The notes: a model not told the origin generated them from the sequence alone. Positions 1 through 12,487 are shown, counted from the stretch's first letter. The stretch: DNA of 64,000 bases from Tubulanus polymorphus (GCF_964204645.1 NC_134032.1:2104416-2168415); one strand, 5' to 3'. Translations and numbers: made by a program.

Positions 1-87
1 GCCACGTGTTGTTACAGGACGCGCTGACGGTTACGTACGGGTCTTCGTTAGCGCTTTGAACAGTCGTTGGAGTCTGCGCTGCGACCT
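1..87 (-). CDS. Possible internal coding exon running off the window start
   Basis: Minus-strand acceptor (gttactgcag) is followed by an open frame xVAAQTPTTVQSANEDPYVTVSASCNNTW in locally GC-richer sequence. No family recognised. Confidence 0.25.
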
Positions 88-867
88 CTGCAGTAACGAA
101 CAGGCTCGACAATAACGCTATGAGGTGACGTGTCATTGTGACGACCAGTAACGACGACTAAATCATGAATTTCATTCCATCCAACAGAATTCATTAATTG
201 GCAAATTATTAATGTAATAAGATATCGACGTGCTGTGCTAATGGGCATGCAGGGAATCATGTATCAACACGCCTCACCTCAGTTCGACTTTGCCTACGAA
301 TTCGATATTCCAATTATGAGTAACACATTCCTCACAATTATAAACGAGTATACTATCTGAAGATAACTTGTTCAACTTTAATGCCAGGTAGGGATTGCTT
401 AGGTTCTCTTATCAGGAGTGTGGTTCTACGCTAAAATTGCTATAGCAAATATTGTTGGAAGATTTTTTAACTACTGACCTTCAATGGATTATTATTGTGT
501 TTCCAGATATATCTTGGATTTAGCGTTGAGTTAGGCTCTCATTGTTAATAAAAATAAAGGTTGGTGAAATAAATTAACACCTCCATTGAAAAAATGGGGT
601 CACCATAAAACTGGCCCCTAGCGCCAAAACGTTTTGCCATAGATAGGCACGACCACTTGCAAAGTAACCTTAAGGTTGTGAACTATAACTTCACCTCTGA
701 CTTCAAACTGAAATCTCATTAACTTCGAGATGATAATGGTAATGATAGAGATAGGAATAACGATAAATCGGTATGATTACTATTTTGAGAAAGTCGCAGA
801 AACTAATCAACATTAGAGAGAATCCCACAGTAGTAACGGAAAAACAAAGTCCAAAGACGTAACTGAA

Positions 868-1309
868 GCTAGTAGTTTATTCAACGTTTCGACTATATCC
901 TAATAGTCATCTTCAGGAATACTGTATTCCTTGAGCTAGTGTTGTTTATTCAACGTTTCGACTATATGCTAATAGTCATCTTCAGGAAAACTGATGATGT
1001 CATCATTATAACCATTGATGAAACACTCTGAGTTCGTGTTGTAAAGATAAAATAAAATCCCTGCACACTAAGAATAAAAAGAGTCTGAAATGTTTCCTTG
1101 AGCTAGTGTAGTTTATTCAACGTTTCCACTATATCCTAATAGTCATCTTCAGGAATACTGATGTTGTCATCATTATAACCATTGATGAAACACTCTGAGT
1201 CCGTGTTGTAAAGATAATACAATCCCTGCACACTAAGAATAAAATGAGTCTGAAATGTTTCCTTGAGCTAGTGTCGTTTATTAAACGTTTCGACTATATC
1301 CTAATAGTC
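868..1309 (-). ncRNA. Hammerhead-ribozyme tandem repeat array 1 (retrozyme/Penelope-like repeat)
   Basis: Minus strand reads TATTC-CTGAAGA-T-GACTAT-TAGGAT-ATAGTC-GAAAC-GTT-GAATA (intact copy 878-921). Variant copies at ~947 and ~1115, truncated copy at ~1278. Spacings are 69 bp and ~167 bp. Confidence 0.85.
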
Positions 1310-1356
1310 CCCATGTAAAAGTAACCCCTTCCGGGTATTCTAGCAACCGGCTTCAA

Positions 1357-1700
1357 TTGAAGTGGAATTACGTCGCTGAAAAACACGGTATCAATTTCAA
1401 TGAATTTCTATTGATATTCCAAACAAATGAACATAGATTTTGTCCCATATGTGAATATCGCGAGCAGAACACAGACACGGACACAGAACATTTCTTCCTT
1501 GTTTCCTGTACATTTCACATTGCATTGACATTCCGGCGCTCGACCAGTCATCTAGAGTGGATATAATTCGACTCGATGAGTTAAGAGAAGTTGAAATGTA
1601 TAATGATAATTCGACTATTCGGATATTTGAGTTCAGAACAGTTCATTGGAGTTTGTTTCAAAGGTGTCCCGTCCAGAGCTCAGACTTTTGATCGCGAATG
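1357..1700 (+). mobile_element. Degraded non-LTR retrotransposon ORF2 C-terminal fragment
   Basis: RFCPICEYREQNTDTDTEHFFLVSC resembles the C-terminal CX2C...H-F-X-X-C knuckle of LINE ORF2 proteins. The frame is broken downstream. Confidence 0.4.
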
Positions 1701-2230
1701 AACGTTGTGAAAATCGCGAATCTGGTGAAATGATAAAATGTCTAACGTCTGGTGTGTCGTTCATTGTCGATTAAAAACATCTCAAGTGAAGTTCTGAATT
1801 CGTCCGCATTATCGACGGTCAGCATTTGAAATGTCTAATGTAGGGTGTTAGTAGTTCATCTTCAGTAAGAAATGTCCCAAGTCCTGAACCTAAGTGTGAA
1901 CGATCAGTTTATGGGAGTGTGCTGATGAATGGTCTGATATCTGAAGGTCATATTCAAATTTAATATGTCTCAGGTGAAGTGCTTAACATCATTGAATAGA
2001 TTCATTTGGCTTTGATTTCTTTCAAGAAATAGCGGCTTAGCAAAGTATTTTCCTAAAATAACGGACTTACAAAACCAATTCATGGAGATTGAGAGATGAA
2101 ATTTTATTTTTCAGAATTTAAGCCGAAGTACAAATACATGTAGTTTTAATTGGCGAGAATTAATCATGAAAAATCGAAGCAACGAAAGAAAGTTGGAAGG
2201 TATCCATTGAACGACATTTTTGCGTTGCAT

Positions 2231-2383
2231 TTAAATCAGCCGTCCTAAGAAAGGACGAAGCCCCCCTCTTGTTGACCTCGCCAAGATATCATTCAATTTC
2301 AATTCATTTTCTTCTTGGTCGGCTGCAGCCAAGGCGCAAATAAACGCGATTATCCCAAAAAGTAGAACGAGCAATTTAAACAT
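2231..2383 (-). CDS. Short secreted peptide precursor, 50 aa (signal peptide, acidic propeptide, RSTR site, GGLRPFLG-R)
   Basis: MFKLLVLLFGIIAFICALAAADQEENELKLNDILARSTRGGLRPFLGRLI*. Acceptor ttttcag lies 5 nt upstream of the ATG (exon starts 2388). An upstream non-coding exon ends at 3434 (GTAAGT donor). TATATAAAA at 3496-3488 and AATAAA at ~2108-2103. Confidence 0.75.
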   Translation of the reverse strand: MFKLLVLLFGIIAFICALAAADQEENELKLNDILARSTRGGLRPFLGRLI

Positions 2384-3433
2384 TTCACCTGAAAATACAT
2401 AAAGAATGTTGAAAAAGGCCAGAACCTTATGAACCGAGCTATATCCCTCGACTACAACCATACGATGACGTAATGACGAAAGTAATGCCGTAAATAACTT
2501 GAGTAAATTCCCAATAAAACCAAATGCATTCTATAGACGACCAATCAAAATAGCCAATGGCATCAAAGGCAGCCAGATGCAGGGAGAGAACAAGCAGAGC
2601 TAGAAAAAAATTGTTGTTGTCGAAGGCACATGTTTCACCACTAGAAACTCGCAAACGGTAATGCGCTGTGCTGAGGCGACTTCTATAAGCTGACTGCCGA
2701 AATGCAAGCGCAACAAAAGATGGTTGACTATAGCTGCTAAACTACCTGTTCACCAAGAACAGGTAGTGAAGGCAAATCAGACACCGACCTCAAGTCATTG
2801 CGAACACAAGGTGTAACGTTGGTCAAAATAGAATTGATCATATTAACCAATATTGATAAAATACACGTCGTTGCAAATATAGACTTTAGAATAGTTATAG
2901 AAATTATTCAAAATATATGTAAGTCTATGATATATCTATGTCTATACATTACGGTGGCGTCCCGGGCAAGATGCTTATCTTCATTACCTTTTCTGATAGA
3001 TGACTCCTGAGCGCCTAGCAGCTGCTCGGATGTTACTTCTCTGCAGGGAGAGATGTCGTTTGCTGAGGGTAATACGATATCAGTTTAATGGAAAGCGGCG
3101 CCGTTGAACATTGTCAGAGTGAAAAGGCCGCTATAGAAATTATATTACTATTACTTTTACTACCTAACATAGATTACTTACGCATCATAGTTGGTTATGT
3201 GTTGAACCCTGGAAAAAATGTTTGGAACATTATTCGGGTCTAAAATGGGAATCAAAGCCCACGAAATATGGTACAGAAAATGTATCACTTCATTGAATTC
3301 GCAACGATATTTTCCGATATTCTATCAGGTTCTACACTGCGGTGTTACCGTATAGGCCACTTAATTCACTAGGCACAAACGAAAAAACCGAGAATGCTCG
3401 TAACCCAAGAATGCTCATAATTCTGTAACTTAC

Positions 3434-3496
3434 CTCACGTGTCTGGTTAAACGAAGTGAATTCAGCTTTCTCGTAGAAATGGGAGTATTTTATATA
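3434..3496 (-). promoter_or_regulatory. TATA box and non-coding first exon of the peptide precursor gene
   Basis: Minus-strand TATATAAAA (3496-3488), then a short exon ending in GAG|GTAAGT at 3434/3433. Confidence 0.55.
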
Positions 3497-5028
3497 ATAT
3501 AAGCTAGACAAGCGTTTCCACAGCAGTATTAACTAAATATTACAATGTAAATTCAAAAGTTTGTCCAGATTTTCAACGGAAGGAATTCGAATCGACTTTC
3601 ATCGATTGGAATATCTCAATAATTCCAGCTGCGTTACTTTATAGCTATCGGCCCGAGCTTCATATTTCAAAAGGAATATCGTCCGTCCTCACCAAGTAAA
3701 TTATTTGATAGAATCTCTCGTTTTAATGGTCAATTAAAAGTCTCCTGGCACACGTAACGATTTCTTTTAAGATTTTTTCGTGGGATTACTTTTGGCCGAG
3801 CATGTTGCATACTGCCTTATGGTTTTCAATCCGGATTGAAATGAAATTTAGTATACTGAATATAACTCCTTATGGCGGCAAATTCTTTAGCAAAACAATT
3901 ATTCGGTTTATAACTTATGAAGCGAGCGAAACTGTATTAATCACAGTCTAGTCACAGTAGTCACGATGAACCGATCTTATGAACACGAATCATAAAATCC
4001 ATACGCATGAACGAATGCCCGTCTTATGTCCATTATGTCCATAGCCCAGGCCTCAGCATAAAAGAGCAGTAAGTTCACGCGGATGACCCGCGGGCCCGCA
4101 TACAGCGAGGCCAATTATCATTATTTTCATCCATCATTTGAATATAATCAAGATAAAGCACACGTTTATTCATTTCATCGGCGCATGCTTCCAAACTTAA
4201 TTGATTTTGAGGCAAACTATCGTAAAAAGAAGCAACATTTTCACCCGAAATATGCTAAAAATCAAATTGCTTCTCTTCCCTCATTTTAAAATCTTTTTCT
4301 GCGCGACCAGGACCCGATATTAGCGCGGGTGTATATACCTTACAAAAATTTCCACTTTCAAGAAAAGCGAACCCCCCAAAGACATTGGTGAAATCATTTA
4401 TCTTATTGCATCTCATTTTCGAGAGTATTCTGCACGAGTAGCATACTTCCAGGATCCGACGCGTTAGCGTGGGTACATTTACAAAAAGTTCCACTTCCAT
4501 GAAAAAAGTTCCACCATGAAATTCGATTATTTTATCTGATTTGAATCGATTATTTTTGAATGTATCTTTGTGTTTCATTGATTCAACACCAAGTCTGTAG
4601 ACGAATCAGTAACGTTTATTTCGTCATCAAAAATAATGCAAAATTACTAATGGAATATTGGAAGGTACAGAATTAATCAATTGATGCTAGGAGCCTGAAT
4701 AGGATAGGAGCTTTAACTGGTCTTTCGTTTTAGAACTTAGAAGAGCTTTGTGTCAAGGGCTTAGACTGAATCTGTAGGTCGGTTGTAGAACCAATCTAAG
4801 CTCATTTAAGTTCTAAAACCAAACCGAAAACCATTAAAAACCTCATCTTCTTAATAGCGCTATTTTCTAAAATAGACAGACATTTATGGAAAGATCTTCT
4901 GAATAAAACAATCATTAAAAAGTAGTATAGCATTGCGAAACATCAAAGTTTTTAAGAAAAGATGTTGAAAAGTAAATTTTTGTGGTATTTTATGAGACAT
5001 TAATTTGTCTTTACCGTTAAATATATAG

Positions 5029-5649
5029 TTATCTAAACGGACCAAGTGATTGTTTTCTGCGTCTGGGGCGGTGTGTTTTATCATCACTGTCAGTGATCTG
5101 TTTGTTCTTGTCGCGTTGGTGCACGTAACGCCGAAAGTCGATTTCTTGCGGCGTGGCGACCAGCGCGCGGCGACCAAACACGCCACCGTGTACATTCCGC
5201 GACGATGTAAAATCCCAGTCGATATGAAGCCGATGTTTCGGCCTAGTGAAGGCAAGACTCGGTGAACGACTGTCCCTGAGCGGTTTGCCGAACGCCACCG
5301 AAAGCTTGTCCAACGAGGCGTGTCCTAGGAACAAATTTGGAGTCAGGCCCGGACACACCGGACCACCGGCTAACGCGAGATTACTATGGCCGGAATGATG
5401 ATGGATGTTGTAAGCCGTCGCTCGCATTCGCCGGATTTTCTCGTCCATTTTTTTTCGTATTATCTCTTGTTTCCACTCGTAGTAGCCGAGTTGAAGCGTG
5501 AGCGCCGATTCGACGGCCATATTGTCCTTCTCCGCCCAACGCATCGCTTCAGAACAGTACGATTCCACTAAAGACTGCGGCACTTTCTGCGACGCTTTCT
5601 TCCGAGTCTGACGACTTTTCAGCCCCATTTTCATCGCCTTTCTAAACAT
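5029..5649 (-). CDS. Uncharacterised basic protein, 206-aa ORF (possibly a terminal exon)
   Basis: Long non-repetitive ORF in a GC-richer island with a helical/coiled-coil-like N-terminal half. Possible acceptor tttag near 5642. No family recognised. Confidence 0.5.
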   Translation of the reverse strand: MFRKAMKMGLKSRQTRKKASQKVPQSLVESYCSEAMRWAEKDNMAVESALTLQLGYYEWKQEIIRKKMDEKIRRMRATAYNIHHHSGHSNLALAGGPVCPGLTPNLFLGHASLDKLSVAFGKPLRDSRSPSLAFTRPKHRLHIDWDFTSSRNVHGGVFGRRALVATPQEIDFRRYVHQRDKNKQITDSDDKTHRPRRRKQSLGPFR

Positions 5650-6877
5650 ACAACAGAATTGATATCGATAGAAATGGCGTGATCATTACAGAGGCTTAAA
5701 CAGAGTCTGGCTCAGGGAGGGATAGATACACTGCCAAAATAGGTCACATCATTTTAAAAGATAGGACATCCCGAAAGATAGCTCATTGGAAACATTAACC
5801 CCTGTATGGAAATAGGAATACATCACGAATTTTTCCGTTAGTTCAATAATATCGATTTTCCCTTGAAATTTCAGAGCGACATAACGACCTTTTAAGCGGG
5901 CGCTGTCTTCCCTGGAACTGGGCGGAGAGTCACGTGTATTCTATAGCGAAATTTGAATAATTTTAGAAACACCGTGATGCCGTGTGGCATAGCGAGTATA
6001 AACCACTAACAGTGAAAAGGGTCTGAAAATGTTTCCTCCAGATGATAATCGGTTCCTGGAGATGATTACTAGGAATAGGAAAATGTAGTCAAAAAGTCGA
6101 TTTGACATAAGGAACATTTCATATTTTCTTTTTGTGCAGCTCAATAACAGCTCAGGATGTTACTTTTAGAAATTGACCTTGTCACGCTGAGTGTGGGTTT
6201 TACATCGCCACAGACAACAGGTGAACTTAAAATCTAACCAAGACTGTTTGACCTCCTCACCTGACGAAGGTATGTCTCTTTGGAACGGAACTTTACGTTT
6301 TTTACTTTAACTTCTATTAATACAGAATAATTCAAATTTTATTATCAATCTATTTTTTTTAAGATTTGTATTCAAATTCATTTGAAAAACCAATGAAATC
6401 TAGAATAAAAGAACACGACATTTCGGACTCTCGCTCTCCCCATCCCTGTAGTGGGTTACAATTGTATCAAGAATACACATGATGACACTATACAAGATAC
6501 CTACCACAAATATACAACGGATCCTGATACAACCTTACAACCGACTCGCATTTGTAGCGCTATTGTTGTGTGAATGCAGTTAGCGAGTGCAATAACGTTG
6601 ATACCGGAAGGAGTCGGTTTCAACGGTTTGTAACCCCTGGAAACCAGAAAGACGCGTCCAAAATGGAAACGACACCAGCAGCGAACTCACCGTCCGTTTC
6701 AACAGCTCTGAATAATACAACACGTTTGTACGCGCGTGATGAGAGTGTCTATCGATTATGTTAAGCCGTTACAAATCTATCGATTATCAGCGAATCGTTA
6801 CGATAAAATGTCTCGTTTGTATCGAGTCAGTATTGAAAGTTCATTCAGCAGCAGTGCTCGAATACAGTTATAATACA

Positions 6878-8770
6878 CTGGGTTTGAACTCGAGAGACAT
6901 CCTCTATTCAGTATCAGGACCGCTCTGAATCAGTGTCAGTAATTACTGGGTTCGAACCCGGGAAACCCCTGTACATCCTCTATTCAGCATCAGGACCGCC
7001 CTGAATCAGTGTCAGTAATTACTGGGTTCGAACCCGGGAAACCCCTGTACATCCTCTATTCAGTATCAGGACCGCTCTGAATCAGTGTCAGTAATTACTG
7101 GGTTCGAACCCGGGAAACCCCTGTACATCCTCTATTCAGTATCAGGACCGCTCTGAATCAGTGTCAGTAATTACTGGGTTCGAACCCGGGAAACCCCTGT
7201 ACATCCTCTATTCAGCATCAGGACCGCCCTGAATCAGTGTCAGTAATTACTGGCTTCGAACCCGGGACACCCCTGTACATCCTCTATTCAGTATCAGGAC
7301 CGCTCTGAATCAGTGTCAGTAATTACTGGGTTCGAACCCGGGAAACCCCTGTACATCCTCTATTCAGTATCAGGACCGCCCTGAATCAGTGTCAGTAATT
7401 ACTGGGTTTGAACCCGGGACAACCCTGTAAATCCTATATTCAGCATCAGGACCGCTCTGAATCAGTGTCAGTAATTACTGGGTTTGAACTCGGTTCGAAC
7501 TCCTCTATTCAGTAACAGGACCACTCTGAATCAGTGTCAGTAATTACTGGGTTTGAACCTGGGACAACCCTGAAAATCCTATATTCAGCATCAGGACCGC
7601 CCTGAATCAGTGTCAGTAATTACTGGGTTTGAACCTCGGACAACCCTGTACATCCTCTATTCAGCATCAGGACCGCTCTGAATCAGTGTCAGTAATTACT
7701 GGGTTTGAACTCGGTTCGAACTCCTCTATTCAGTATCAGGACCGCTCTGAATCAGTGTCAGTAATTACTGGGTTTGAACTCGGTTCGAACTCCTCTATTC
7801 AGTATCAGTACCACTCTGAATCAGTGTCAGTAATTACTGGGTTCGAACCCGGGACACCCCTGTACATCCTCTATTCAGTATCAGGACCGCCCTGAATCAG
7901 TGTCAGTAATTACTGGGTTTGAACTCGGTTCGAACTCCTCTATTCAGTATCAGGACCGCTCTGAATCAGTGTCAGTAATTACTGGGTTTGAACCTGGGAC
8001 AACCCTGAAAATCCTATATTCAGCATCAGGACCGCCCTGAATCAGTGTCAGTAATTACTGGGTTTGAACCTCGGACAACCCTGCACATCCTCTATTCAGC
8101 ATCAGGACCGCTCTGAATCAGTGTCAGTAATTACTGGGTTTGAACTCGGTTCGAACTCCTCTATTCAGTATCAGGACCACTCTGAATCAGTGTCAGTAAT
8201 TACTGGGTTCGAACCCGGGACACCCCTGTACATCCTCTATTCAGTATCAGGACCGCCCTGAATCAGTATCAGTAATTACTGGGTTTGAACCTCGGACAAC
8301 CCTGTACATCCTCTATTCAGCATCAGTACCGCTCTGAATCAGTGTCAGTAATTACTGGCTTTGAACCCGGGACAACCCTGTACATCCTCTATTCAGCATC
8401 AGGACCGCTCTAAATCAGTATCAGTAATTACTGGGTTTGAACTCGGTTTGAACTCCTCTATTCAGTAACAGGACCGCTCTGAATCAGTGTCAGTAATTAC
8501 TGGGTTCGCACCCGGGAAACCCCTGTACATCCTCTATTCAGCATCAGGACCGCTCTAAATCAGTATCAGTAATTACTGGGTTTGAACTCGGTTTGAACTC
8601 CTCTATTCAGTAACAGGACCACTCTGAATCAGTGTCAGTAATTACTGGGTTCGAACCCGGGAAACCCCTGTACATCCCCTATTCAGCATCAGGACGCCCT
8701 GAATCAGTATCAGTAATTACTGGGTTCGAACCCGGGACACCCTGGACATCTTATACTCAGCATCAGGACT
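6878..8770. repeat. 76-bp satellite with 66-bp variants
   Basis: Unit gaatcagtgtcagtaattactgggttcgaacccgggaaacccctgtacatcctctattcagtatcaggaccgctct; period 76 (6927 to 7003). Confidence 0.95.
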
Positions 8771-9282
8771 CTCAGCATCACTATTCGGCATCCTAAACTC
8801 AGCCTCCGACTATCCCGCTAGATGGCGAGGGTGTCAATAATACCTCAATCATATTGGTGAAACATTGTTGAGTCCAGGTTGTAACGACAATATAGAAATC
8901 GACCTTCACCTTGAATTGCGTTAGAGATTTTAAAAATGAATCAAATAAAATCTAAAACCATAATACATACATGTGCATAATACATGAAGTAATAAGCACC
9001 CGTGAAAAGCACTTGAAACACACATTAACCAATTGAAACTGTCAGATCAAACATGACATTTTGAGCAAACCATAATGGACGCAAATTAAAGTGCTTGATC
9101 CAATTGACATCTGAATCGTGTCTCGCACACCGACGGTTATGAATAAATAATTGGGGCGTTAATTGATTGCAGCAGACTTTATAGCGAATATGACCATTTC
9201 ATAATCGTTATTCCTTAATGAACGAAGCCTCGGTAAAAAACTCCGTTATTGTCAGAGCTAAAGAATCCGTCTAATATCTGCA

Positions 9283-11087
9283 ATGAGGTCCTTTAACGGC
9301 TGCCTATTAGCGTTTATATTCACCGCTCTGATCTGCTGTAAATGTTACCCATGCCGGGCACTGCCGCAACAGCAGCGGCGGCAGACGTCGTTTAAGCGGT
9401 CTACTGCGGGCACTGCTGCGAGATTGTCCGTTTCGGCGACAGTTACGAATTTGAAATCACGGTTACGATGTTCGGAAGCGTGCACCTTGCGAGCGGATTG
9501 CCGTGCGATGAGCTTCACGCGTCGCGGTCCGAAATCATCCGTTTGTCAACTGTTTCGTAAAGACGAAATGTCGACCACGTTCCCGATCCCGATCTGGGCA
9601 GATGGTGAGTAAAAAAATGTTATTTAATTTCGATAATAGACTTAGTCCAGCTCGCTGCTTACAGCGAGCGGGTAGAAATGCGTGACCCCGTTTTGGGAGC
9701 AAGACCAGTAGTGATTAACAAGCGGGTTCGCCTCTCACTATGATAACGCTCTTCAACAAGCTTAGGAATCCATCAATTGATATTGATATTGCACCATTTT
9801 ACATTGTAGATGTACACCCCCTTCATAATTTACGTAAATAGTTACAATTTTCTTTGTAAATGATCTGATAAAAAAATAGAAATCAATCTGCCAAATAGTC
9901 TGAACCGACAAGCAACGAACTGGGGTTTATTTTGTTGGTTGCTAAATTTGGTACTTCGAGATTTGGGCAATAACTATATATGCTGGGCTGAAGATTATTT
10001 TTTCATTTTTATGTTTTAGAACATGTGGAATTTCTATTCCTTGCTTCGCGCGATCTATTTTGTGATTCGTCAACTTTCTTTTCGTTTTCAATTGTAGCGT
10101 CCTATATACCTTGCCCGAAAGACCCGGGTTACGTGCAGAGCGTCGCGGGGGACCAGTGTTTCTACGTCATACCGGGAACCCGTAAAAGCTGGCTCGATAG
10201 CTTCACACACTGCAAAAATACTGGTCTCAGACTCGCGGAACCGAGAACTCGACAAACAATGGATTCTCTGGCTGAACGTATCAAGCAGCAATATACAGCA
10301 GGTAAATATCTAGATTAACTCACTGTTAATGAGGTGACCTTGAGAATCCCACCACAACAAGCCTTCTGTGGCAATCGAGGATCGTACTTGCGGTGGGCGA
10401 GCGTCCACTAGGTGTCACTAGTCGTCTTTCGATCGTCCGAGCACCAATTTCTGTACATTCCAGTCGAAATCAGATTAACTTTGTAGTAAGAACTACACCG
10501 ACTGAACGTTGCAATCCTTCATGGCCACCGTGCCACACCCGATGGATCTTCACTTGCCACAAGCGGATCCTATATTGCCACAGTTGATGTCCTATTGCAC
10601 TCTAGCGACACCTGGTGGATCCTCACTCGCCACAAGTGGAATTCTCTATTGCCGCAGTAGTTGATGTCCTACTGCACACTAGCGACACCTGTTGGGTCTA
10701 CATTTGCCACATGTAGAAGAAATCATATATAACCGCGGTAATCGAGGTCCTACTGTACACTAGCGACACCTGGTGGATCCTCACTTGCCACTAGTGGAAT
10801 CCTCTATTGCTGCAGTAGTTCTAAACGACGTGTCTCTTCTTTTCATTGATTTAGTGTACATGCACATAGGGGGCGCTTTCATCGATGGTCGATGGAAATG
10901 GAAAACTTCGAACGCTTCGATAGACTATGATTACTGGACCGACGGCGAACCGAATGACGACCCGAATTCGGGTCCGATCTGTTTATCCCTGTTGAACGGC
11001 GAACTGACTTGGATCGACGTGAAATGTAACAACCCTGCGGAAACATGGCCGTTCGTGTGCGAAAAAACGCACGTCGACGGAAACTAA
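9283..11087 (+). CDS. Secreted PAN/Apple + C-type lectin domain protein (3 exons)
   Basis: Exons 9283-9604, 10098-10301 and 10855-11087, joined by phase-1 GT-AG introns. Signal peptide; PAN-type C..AC....C.A.SF.....C.L; lectin domain with QCFY, WLDSFTHC, HIGG, W.W, YW.DGEPN, C and WIDVKC..FVCE. Confidence 0.88.
10340..10820. repeat. Dispersed repeat family (core ctagcgacacctggtggatcctc), in both orientations
   Basis: Related copies near 29160, 31405, 53270, 56385, 56750-56870 and 57050-57210. Confidence 0.6.
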
Positions 11088-11345
11088 TAAACTAAGGCGA
11101 TTCCAATTAATATCGGGACAACATTTATTTTTGCAAATCTTTTTATTCACGGAATGAATCGTTCACGAATTTAAAATCGCACGTAAATATAGATAATCGC
11201 ATTCACGATTTGTCGAAGTTAACTGCCTCTGAAAAAAAAATCGAATAAACATTTGCGAATATCATTAGAATGCCGAGATTTTTTCCGCTTCCCAAAACCG
11301 AACCGAGCAAAGCTATTTGTCGACAATGGTAGAACGTGTGCCTAA

Positions 11346-11613
11346 GGCTTTAAGCCGAATGCGCATGGCGAGGAAGCACTTTTTCCTCGTCGAAAACGTT
11401 TTCGATGCGCTTTTCTATCAAAACAGAAGAAAACACCGAACCGAAAAACGTTTTTTGCGATGCAAGAGAAGTATAAACTGCTCGATTTGCGTTTCACAAA
11501 AAATCCACGGCCGAATAACCATTCGTTAACGAGCAATCGGTGCATCAGAAAACTTTTTGCGAAAATGCCGGTACTGCTCGAAATACCGTGTGCGTCGGGC
11601 ACAGAACAAAGCC
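11346..11613. mobile_element. MITE, PIF/Harbinger-like
   Basis: GGCTTT...AAAGCC termini flanked by TAA on both sides, with internal inverted subrepeats. Confidence 0.45.
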
Positions 11614-11637
11614 TAAAAAGATTTTATTTCGTGGGTA

Positions 11638-12329
11638 AAAGTCTATCCCAGTGGTTATGACCGCGGCATTTCACTCTCAAAGAGCCAGTATCAACAACAA
11701 TTTAATTGATACTGACAGCTTTAAGTGGTCAAACTCACCATGAGCATCGCTGACTCGCTGGACCCCAGCTGCTTGTTGCTATGGTTACAGGCAAGAGTGA
11801 ATAAAGAGCAAAACTTTTCCACACTTAATCCAAGAAAATGAAGTAATAAGCAATGAAAATTCAGTTTTGAAGTCTTGTTGCATTCAAGAGTGAATATTTT
11901 CGCTGGATGCTGAAGTCAGTGTTTACATAATGAAGTGTCAAAACCAATTTCCAAGTTGAAAGATTATATTTAGATGGTGTTTCAAGCAAAACAACACCAC
12001 TCGACTCATGAGATGATTCCAGATTATATATGCTCACACTCTGAGGAGTTTATAGATGTACAAAATCAATCAGATTGAATTTGCCACATGACATGATTAT
12101 TCCCAAAATGAAACTAAAAATCCAAGAAAGGATTTTGTAAAATTATAAAAATTGGAATTTTATATCCTTTAATGAATGGCCAGTTGATGGTATATTATTC
12201 ACTCTTGAATGCAGTAGTCGCTTGACCTCAATTACTCGTAAGGCTGAGTGATAAAAACCACAGGGATCCTGATATGTTAGTGTAACAACTCTTTGATGCA
12301 CCGCGGTCATAACTACTGGGATAGACTTT
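11638..12329. mobile_element. Non-autonomous DNA transposon with ~29-bp TIRs
   Basis: aaagtctatcccagtggttatgaccgcgg (11638-11666) pairs with ccgcggtcataactactgggatagacttt (12301-12329), one mismatch. No transposase ORF; TSD unresolved. Confidence 0.75.
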
Positions 12330-12452
12330 AGATGTGTGCGCTAGGCGCAAGAAGCTCCAGCTTCGGTCGGAAAGACAAACGCGATGCTGATCACGGAATA
12401 ACTTCCGAATGCAATTTTCGATTCAAGCAAACAAATTTTGCAGGCCTACTGT

Positions 12453-12453
12453 T

Positions 12454-12487
<34 letters not shown>

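Noticed and set aside
6255-6300. cctgacgaagg as another hammerhead core
   Set aside because: No stem II closing onto GAAA and no stem I partner; at best a decayed remnant.
6878-8770. CRISPR-like regular repeat or tRNA gene array
   Set aside because: Units are contiguous with no unique spacers, there are no cas genes, and the context is eukaryotic. No cloverleaf is evident beyond the T-arm-like motif.
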